Positions 58,146 to 64,000 of a stretch of DNA of 64,000 nt are shown here, piece after piece. Under the pieces are notes generated by a model. That model was not told the DNA's origin and did no database searches. It was given only the letters and a program-made list of their open reading frames with translations. This stretch comes from an uncultured Trueperaceae bacterium (GTDB lineage: Bacteria > Deinococcota > Deinococci > Deinococcales > Trueperaceae), in the NCBI GenBank assembly GCA_963815215.1, contig CAWFFU010000003.1, positions 800,001-864,000 on the forward strand, in the 5' to 3' direction. The position numbers and the translations under genes are program-made. Each line of letters starts with the position of its first letter. The stretch's first letter is position 1.

Positions 58146-58787
58146 CTACTCGCGCCGGGCCTCGGTCTCCCGCAGGAAGGCCTCGACCGCGCGCTCACTC
58201 AGATGGGCGGCACGCGCACGTTCCGCCTCGATGATGCTGTCGAACAGCCGCACCGCGTCCTCGAGCTCGTCGTTGACGATGGCGAAATCGAACTCCCGCA
58301 CCGCACGGATCTCTTCGCGGGCCCGTCGCAGGCGCTTCTGGATCTTCTCCTCGCTGTCGGTTCCGCGGCCGCGCAGCCTGCGCTCGAGCTCGAACAGCGA
58401 CGGCGGCGCGATGAACACCATCACGGCCTCCGGCATCTTGCGCTTGACCTTGCGGGCGCCCACCAGCTCCAACTCGAGCAGCACGTCGTTGCCCTCGGCC
58501 AGGCTACGGCGCACCGGCCCGGCCGGCGTGCCATAGTAGTCGCCGACGTAGTCGGCGTATTCCAGCAGATCGTCACGGGCGATCATGTCCTCGAAGGTGT
58601 CGCGGTCGTAGAAGAAGTACTGCTCGCCGTGCACCTCACCCTGCCGGCGGGCGCGCGTGGTGGCGGAGATCGAGTAGCTGAGGTTGTCGATCCGGGGCAA
58701 CGCCGCCCGTCGGATGGTGTCCTTTCCGACGCCCGACGCGCCGGTCATCACGAACAGGATGCCCTTGCTGCGAGACTGCTCTTCCAC
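58146..58787 (-). CDS. gmk: Guanylate kinase
   Basis: TGASGVGKDT, SISATTR, YYGTP, RLRGRGTDS. Confidence 0.96.
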   Translation of the reverse strand: MEEQSRSKGILFVMTGASGVGKDTIRRAALPRIDNLSYSISATTRARRQGEVHGEQYFFYDRDTFEDMIARDDLLEYADYVGDYYGTPAGPVRRSLAEGNDVLLELELVGARKVKRKMPEAVMVFIAPPSLFELERRLRGRGTDSEEKIQKRLRRAREEIRAVREFDFAIVNDELEDAVRLFDSIIEAERARAAHLSERAVEAFLRETEARRE

Positions 58788-58929
58788 CGTGCGTTGCGCT
58801 CCCTCGAGGTGTGCGGTATCGCCGGGCCCGGACGGGTCCAACCGTTCGACGCGGCGTCCCGGCACGGTCCCTGAAGGACCCGCCGCGTCGGGCTGGACGC
58901 GACTCTACCACGACCTCCGCGTTCGCCGG

Positions 58930-59304
58930 CTAGCCCTCCGGTGCGTCCGGCGTGGCGTGGTAGGCGTGCAATTGGAGCCGCTCGATCGTCGCCAGGCGGC
59001 CCCAGCGGTCTATGGGCGCGACCTCCTGCTCGACGAAGCGCCTCAACCGTTGCGGCTCATCGACCAGCTCCACCACCAGGGGCTGCCGCTCCGGGCGGTA
59101 GATCTGCACCGTCATCGGGTGATCGAGCCCGTGGCGGCCGAAACCGCTCAAACCCGGCAGCACCGTGGCGCCGCGAAGGCCCTGCCGCCTGGCGGCGCGG
59201 ACCAGCGCCTCGGCCAGGCTCACCTTGCCGACCTTGTCCCCGGCCAGCGTGTAGACACGGAGCAGCGAAGCGCCCTCCATCCCGGCGCGGTGCAGCACCC
59301 TCAC
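58930..59304 (-). CDS. DUF190 (PII-like) protein
   Basis: LLRVY, GLRGATVLPGLSGFG, PLVVELVD. Confidence 0.85.
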   Translation of the reverse strand: MRVLHRAGMEGASLLRVYTLAGDKVGKVSLAEALVRAARRQGLRGATVLPGLSGFGRHGLDHPMTVQIYRPERQPLVVELVDEPQRLRRFVEQEVAPIDRWGRLATIERLQLHAYHATPDAPEG

Positions 59305-59669
59305 GGCGCCCGGCCCTCCCCTTCGACGCCGCCGCGCAGCACCGCCACGTGCTCGACCGTGATCAGCCCGCCGCCGCTCAACAACGCGCCCAGGGCTTGC
59401 ACGAACGCGTCGATCCGCTCCCCGTCGTCGACGACCTCCAGCACCATCGGGAGATCGCCCGACAGCCTGAAGGGCTGGGGATGGCGCACCACCGAGTTGG
59501 CGCCGAACCCGAGGCTCCCGCGGAACAGGGTCGCACCCGCGAGACCCGCATCGTGCGCAGCCGCAAGCAGCGCCTCGGAGGCGGGCCGGCCGGAGATCCG
59601 GTCGCTCTCGCCGAAGTAGACGCGCAGCAGCGAGGCGTCGCCGTGAGCGATCGCCCGGCCCACGCTCAC
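59301..59669 (-). CDS. DUF190 (PII-like) protein
   Basis: LLRVYFGESD, GLAGATLFRGSLGFG, LSGDLPMVLEVVD, GLITVE. Confidence 0.9.
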   Translation of the reverse strand: MSVGRAIAHGDASLLRVYFGESDRISGRPASEALLAAAHDAGLAGATLFRGSLGFGANSVVRHPQPFRLSGDLPMVLEVVDDGERIDAFVQALGALLSGGGLITVEHVAVLRGGVEGEGRAP

Positions 59670-60058
59670 GGCGCCCCCGCCAGGCGCAGGGCGGCTGCCC
59701 GCCCCGCCAGGATGGCGAGGTAGCCGACCGCCAGATTGGCCATCACATAGGCACCGGCACGCACGAGTTCGCCCTCTCGCACCAGCAACTGGCTCTCCAG
59801 CTCGAAGGTCGAGAAGGTGGTGAGCGCACCCAGGAAGCCGGTGCCCACGGCGACACGCGCGGCCGGCGACACCAGGCCGCGAAGACCGAGCTCCGTGACG
59901 AAGGCGAGCAGGAAAGAGCCGGTCACGTTGACCAGCAACGTGGCCAGCGGGAATCCGGCGTAGCCGGTCCCCTGTAGAGCTCCCTGTACGACGTTGGTGA
60001 CCAGGTAGCGTGACAGCGCACCGAGCGCGCCCCCCAGCATGACTCCGAGGATGAGCAT
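59666..60058 (-). CDS. crcB: Fluoride channel FluC/CrcB
   Basis: GGALGALSRY, FPLATLLVNVTGSF, GFLGALTTFSTF. Confidence 0.96.
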   Translation of the reverse strand: MLILGVMLGGALGALSRYLVTNVVQGALQGTGYAGFPLATLLVNVTGSFLLAFVTELGLRGLVSPAARVAVGTGFLGALTTFSTFELESQLLVREGELVRAGAYVMANLAVGYLAILAGRAAALRLAGAP

Positions 60059-60088
60059 GAGGACTCCGAAGCGTTCCTGGAGTGGTGG

Positions 60089-60144
60089 ATAGGCGTCATC
60101 AGCCGAACGCGGAGCGGTTCATGGAAAGGGTGAACGCCATCACC
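60089..60144 (-). promoter_or_regulatory. Fluoride riboswitch
   Basis: GGTGATGGCGTTCACC...AACCGC...GCTGATGACGCCTA, pseudoknot GGCGT/ACGCC; TACACT -10 at 60152-60157. Confidence 0.93.
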
Positions 60145-60239
60145 CCCGCGGAGTGTATCATCCAACGCGACCGCTCCCCGGCCCCGACCTCGGTCGGGGG
60201 ACAGGGGGGTGGTAGCATGGAATCCCGGGAAGGTGAGGC

Positions 60240-61928
60240 ATGGAGCGCAAGTACATCTTCGTCACGGGTGGGGTGGTTTCGAGCCTCGGCAAAGGCATCG
60301 CCACCTCGAGTATCGGAGCCCTGCTGCGGGCACGCGGTTATGCCGTCACCGCCGTCAAGATCGATCCCTACATCAACGTGGACGCCGGCACCATGCGTCC
60401 CTACGAGCACGGTGAGGTCTTCGTCACCGACGACGGTGCCGAGACCGATCTGGACATCGGCACCTACGAACGCTTCCTCGACGTCGACCTGTCGCGCGGG
60501 AACAACATCACGACCGGTCAGGTCTACCAGACGGTCATCGAGAAGGAGCGGCGCGGCGCCTACCTTTCGCAGACGGTCCAGGTCATCCCGCACGTCACCG
60601 ATGAGATCAAGCAACGGATCATCGACGCAGGCGAGCGGGTCGGCGCGGAGTTGGTGCTGGTCGAGGTCGGTGGGACGGTCGGGGACATCGAGTCGTTGCC
60701 CTTCCTGGAAGCCATCCGCCAGCTGCGCTTCGAGATGGGCCGCGAGAACACCCTCTACCTGCACGTGACGCTGTTGCCGTACCTCGGCACCAGCGAGGAG
60801 TACAAGACCAAGCCCACCCAGCACTCCGTCGCTACTTTGCGTGGCGTCGGGATCCAGCCGGACGGCATCATCCTGCGCTCGAAGACCCCCGTCCCGGAAG
60901 AGGCCCGTCGCAAGATCGCGCTGTTCACCAACGTCGAGGCCGATGCCGTCTTCAACGCCTTCGACGCCGACTTCGTCTACGCCGTGCCGGAGATGCTGGA
61001 GCAGCAGAGCATCGGCCGCTTCGTCGAGCGCATGCTGGGCCTCGAGCACGTCACGCCCGAGCTCCGGGTGTGGCAGGAGGCGGTGCGGGTGATGCGTCAA
61101 CCGGCCCGCGAAGTGGCGATCGCGGTCGTCGGCAAGTACGTTGCTATGCCCGACGCCTATCTGAGCCTGATGGAGGCCCTGAAGCACGCCGGCATCGCCA
61201 ACGATGCGCGCGTCTCGATCGAGTGGGTGAACGCCGAGGCGCTGGTGGAAGCTGATCTCACGCCGCTCAAGGAGTTCGACGGCATCCTGGTGCCCGGCGG
61301 ATTCGGGGTGCGCGGCATCGAGGGCAAGGTGCGGGCCGCTCAGGTGGCACGCGAGCACCTCGTGCCCTACCTTGGCATCTGCCTGGGGATGCAGGTGGCG
61401 GTCATCGAGTACGCCCGCCACGTCGCCGCCCTCGAAGCGGCGAACTCCACCGAGTTCGACCCGTACACGCCTCATCCCGTCATCGACCTGATGCCCGAAC
61501 AGCTCGAGGTCGCCGACATGGGAGGCACCATGCGGCTGGGGAGCTGGCCCATGCGCGTCAGCGCCGGGACGCTGCTGGCGGCGCTCTACGATCCGGTGCC
61601 CACCAGCCATGGCATCGCCTACGAGCGTCATCGGCACCGCTTCGAGGTGAACCCGCGCTACGTCGAGCGCCTGAAGACCGCGGGCCTGACCGTTTCCGGC
61701 ATCACCCCCGGCATGGCCGGCCGCGGCGAGGGCCTGGTGGAGGCGATCGAGATCGCCGAGCACCCGTTCTTCCTGGGTGTGCAGTCGCACCCGGAGTTCC
61801 GCTCCCGCCTGATGCGCCCCAGCCCGCCTTTCAGCGGCTTCATCCACGCTGCCGCCGAACGGGCCGAGCGGCGACGCGCCGCATCGGCGGACGTCGCCCC
61901 GGCGGTCCAGGGCGAGGCCCCGCGGTGA
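60240..61928 (+). CDS. pyrG: CTP synthase
   Basis: KYIFVTGGVVSSLGKG, GGTVGDIE, KTKPTQHS, GICLGMQ, HPEF. Confidence 0.99.
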   Translation: MERKYIFVTGGVVSSLGKGIATSSIGALLRARGYAVTAVKIDPYINVDAGTMRPYEHGEVFVTDDGAETDLDIGTYERFLDVDLSRGNNITTGQVYQTVIEKERRGAYLSQTVQVIPHVTDEIKQRIIDAGERVGAELVLVEVGGTVGDIESLPFLEAIRQLRFEMGRENTLYLHVTLLPYLGTSEEYKTKPTQHSVATLRGVGIQPDGIILRSKTPVPEEARRKIALFTNVEADAVFNAFDADFVYAVPEMLEQQSIGRFVERMLGLEHVTPELRVWQEAVRVMRQPAREVAIAVVGKYVAMPDAYLSLMEALKHAGIANDARVSIEWVNAEALVEADLTPLKEFDGILVPGGFGVRGIEGKVRAAQVAREHLVPYLGICLGMQVAVIEYARHVAALEAANSTEFDPYTPHPVIDLMPEQLEVADMGGTMRLGSWPMRVSAGTLLAALYDPVPTSHGIAYERHRHRFEVNPRYVERLKTAGLTVSGITPGMAGRGEGLVEAIEIAEHPFFLGVQSHPEFRSRLMRPSPPFSGFIHAAAERAERRRAASADVAPAVQGEAPR

Positions 61929-61945
61929 GCCGGAGGGTCGGCTGA

Positions 61946-62584
61946 GTGCGGCACCCGAAGCCGCTCGTGATCGGACTGGCGGGCGGCACCGGATCGGGCA
62001 AGACGACGGTCGCCGAAGCGATCGTCGACGCCGCCGGCGCCGACAACGTGACCATCCTGCCTCAGGACGCCTACTACCTGGCGCAGGCCGACATCCCGCC
62101 GGCGGCACGCGCCATGATCAACTACGACGAGCCGAGCGCCTTCGACAACGACCTGCTGGTGGAACACGTGGACACGCTGGTGCAGTGGCGACCCGTCGAG
62201 CGCCCCGTCTACGACTTCGAGCGCGACGACCGCTCGCTGCAGACGGTAACGCTGAACCCCGCGCCGGTGCTGGTGGTCGAGGGGATCCTGGTGCTGCACG
62301 AGCCGACGCTCCGCGAGCGCTTCACCCTCAAGGTGTTCGTCGACGCTCCGCCCGACGAGCGCTTCATCCGCCGTCTGGAGCGTGACGTGCGTGAGCGTGG
62401 TCGCCGGGCCGAGAGCGTGATCGCGCAGTACCGGCGCAGCGTCAAGCCGATGCACGACCTGTTCGTCGAACCGACCAAACAGCACGCCGATCTGATCATT
62501 CCCGAGGGCGGCCGCAACCGCGTCGCCCTGGACGTGCTGGCGAGCTACGTGCGTCACTGCATCGCCATGCCGAACGGAGGCTGA
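61946..62584 (+). CDS. udk: Uridine kinase
   Basis: GLAGGTGSGKTT, QDAYY, VEGIL, RRLERDVRERGR, FVEPTK. Confidence 0.95.
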   Translation: MRHPKPLVIGLAGGTGSGKTTVAEAIVDAAGADNVTILPQDAYYLAQADIPPAARAMINYDEPSAFDNDLLVEHVDTLVQWRPVERPVYDFERDDRSLQTVTLNPAPVLVVEGILVLHEPTLRERFTLKVFVDAPPDERFIRRLERDVRERGRRAESVIAQYRRSVKPMHDLFVEPTKQHADLIIPEGGRNRVALDVLASYVRHCIAMPNGG

Positions 62585-62588
62585 ACCC

Positions 62589-64000
62589 GTGCTCGACCCC
62601 CGGTTGCGCCGCCTGCTGTGGCTCCTGATCGTCCTCAGCTTGATCCCCGCCGGCATCCTGGTCGTCCGCCGCATCCAGGCCGAAGGCGTGAGCGAGCACG
62701 TCGCCCTGGTGATGGACGCCCAGGCGCTCACCGACCAGGCCCACCTGCTCGGGCGCTCTCCGCTGGAACTGGCCAAGCACTACCGGACCCTGGGCCTCAC
62801 GGGTATCGCCGTCTACGAGGACACCATCGACAGTCTGGTCGCCAAGGGCGAAGCGGCCGCGCTCCTGGGCAGTGAGGCGCGGGCGCAGGCGCTGGCCGCC
62901 GGCCAGACGCCGCCCGACGTGCCCGGCGATGCCACGCTGGTGTCGGCCCTGCAGCCCGGCGCCCTCGATGCGCTCGTCGCCCACAACGTGCCGAAGCCCC
63001 GGACCCTGACCTGGCACGGCCGCTCCTGGTACGTCTACCCTGGGGATGTCCGAAGCAGCCTTCCGGCAGGGCCCGACCGAGCCGAGCTGAAGGCCTGGGC
63101 CGACGCCGGCTTCGACATCGCCTACCGTCCGCGCAACGCCCCCTACCGGCTGCTGAACCCCGGTTCCGACTTCCCCAGCAGCGCGCACTACCTGATCTAC
63201 GCCGGCACACAGGTGGCCGGCTTCCCGGGAAACCTCGCTGCGGTCGTGACGGCGTCGCAACCCTACCTGACGGCACTCATCGAAGGAACGCCACAGGCCG
63301 GTCTGGACAGCCTATTGAACAAGGTGCCGACCGTGCGGTTGTTGTCGTTCAACCAGGACTACATCGACCGGCGCCTCAGCCCGCGCGATCTGATCGACAA
63401 GTACATGCTCGCCGTGAGCGAGCGCAACATCCGGCTGCTCTACCTTCGCCCTTACACCACCACCGACCAGGGTGACCTGCTGACGAACACCGACCGCCTG
63501 GTGAGCGGGCTCACCTCGGCCCTGAAGAGCGCCGGCTACCAGGTCGGCCCGCTGCAGACGCAGACCTTCCACTACCACACCAGCGCCGCCCTGCGGGCGC
63601 TCGCCGGCGTCGGCGTGCTGGCGGGGGTGCTGCTCTTGATCGGCCTCTTCCCTGGCGCGTGGGGCCTGCTCGTGGCCGCGCTGGTCGCCATCCTGGGAGT
63701 GGCGGCCGGCGGGCCTCGCTGGGACGCGTTGGCGCTCATGGCGGCGCTCACGTTCCCGGTGCTGGGGTACGGGCACCTGCGAAAGAACGCGTGGAGCGTG
63801 GTGCTCGCCACGCTCATCAGCCTGGCCGGTGCGGCGCTTCTGGCCGCGGTGGGGAGCGAGCGCGACACCATGCTCGCCATCCGGCCGTTCGCGGGGGTTG
63901 GCGCCACCCTGATCGTTCCCCCGGCGCTCTTCCTGTTCCACTACGCGCTGCGCTTCCGTCGTCCGGCTGCCTGGGTGCGTGACTTCTGGCGCTCCGAGGT
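62589..64000 (+). CDS. DUF5693-like membrane protein (3' truncated by window edge; not in the ORF track)
   Basis: Open frame VLDPRLRRLLW...GLTGIAVYEDT...AVSERNIRLLYLRP, followed by TM helices. Confidence 0.7.
   Translation, partial: MLDPRLRRLLWLLIVLSLIPAGILVVRRIQAEGVSEHVALVMDAQALTDQAHLLGRSPLELAKHYRTLGLTGIAVYEDTIDSLVAKGEAAALLGSEARAQALAAGQTPPDVPGDATLVSALQPGALDALVAHNVPKPRTLTWHGRSWYVYPGDVRSSLPAGPDRAELKAWADAGFDIAYRPRNAPYRLLNPGSDFPSSAHYLIYAGTQVAGFPGNLAAVVTASQPYLTALIEGTPQAGLDSLLNKVPTVRLLSFNQDYIDRRLSPRDLIDKYMLAVSERNIRLLYLRPYTTTDQGDLLTNTDRLVSGLTSALKSAGYQVGPLQTQTFHYHTSAALRALAGVGVLAGVLLLIGLFPGAWGLLVAALVAILGVAAGGPRWDALALMAALTFPVLGYGHLRKNAWSVVLATLISLAGAALLAAVGSERDTMLAIRPFAGVGATLIVPPALFLFHYALRFRRPAAWVRDFWRSE

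Overview
High-GC core-genome window from a Deinococcota bacterium, probably Trueperaceae-like. The assignment is inferred from the 1528-aa RpoC with the phylum's large N-terminal insert, Thermus-like L33 and RpoB motifs, and many leaderless genes. The window holds groES-groEL with a perfect CIRCE, carD, the tRNA(Thr-Tyr-Gly-Thr)-tuf-rpmG-secE-nusG-rplKAJL-rpoBC block, tatAC with a chorismate mutase/DAHP synthase and a polyferredoxin, a DUF1998 helicase, and a cyanobacterial-type sulfolipid pair sqdB-sqdX. It also holds a cobalamin-riboswitch btuFCD operon, aroA-cmk-nadK, gmk-rpoZ-coaBC-argR, a fluoride-riboswitch fluC operon with two DUF190 genes, and pyrG-udk. No mobile elements or CRISPR arrays were seen. 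The most striking signal is two sharply bounded ~1.2-kb islands, tuf and sqdB, whose synonymous sites are almost entirely recoded so the + strand is C/A-rich and G/T-poor. The two genes lie on opposite strands. This resembles GRINS (skewed, gene-converting duplicates) and predicts a second sqdB copy elsewhere in the genome. sqdB also carries the only two frameshifts I found. All calls come from reading the sequence; no database searches were run.
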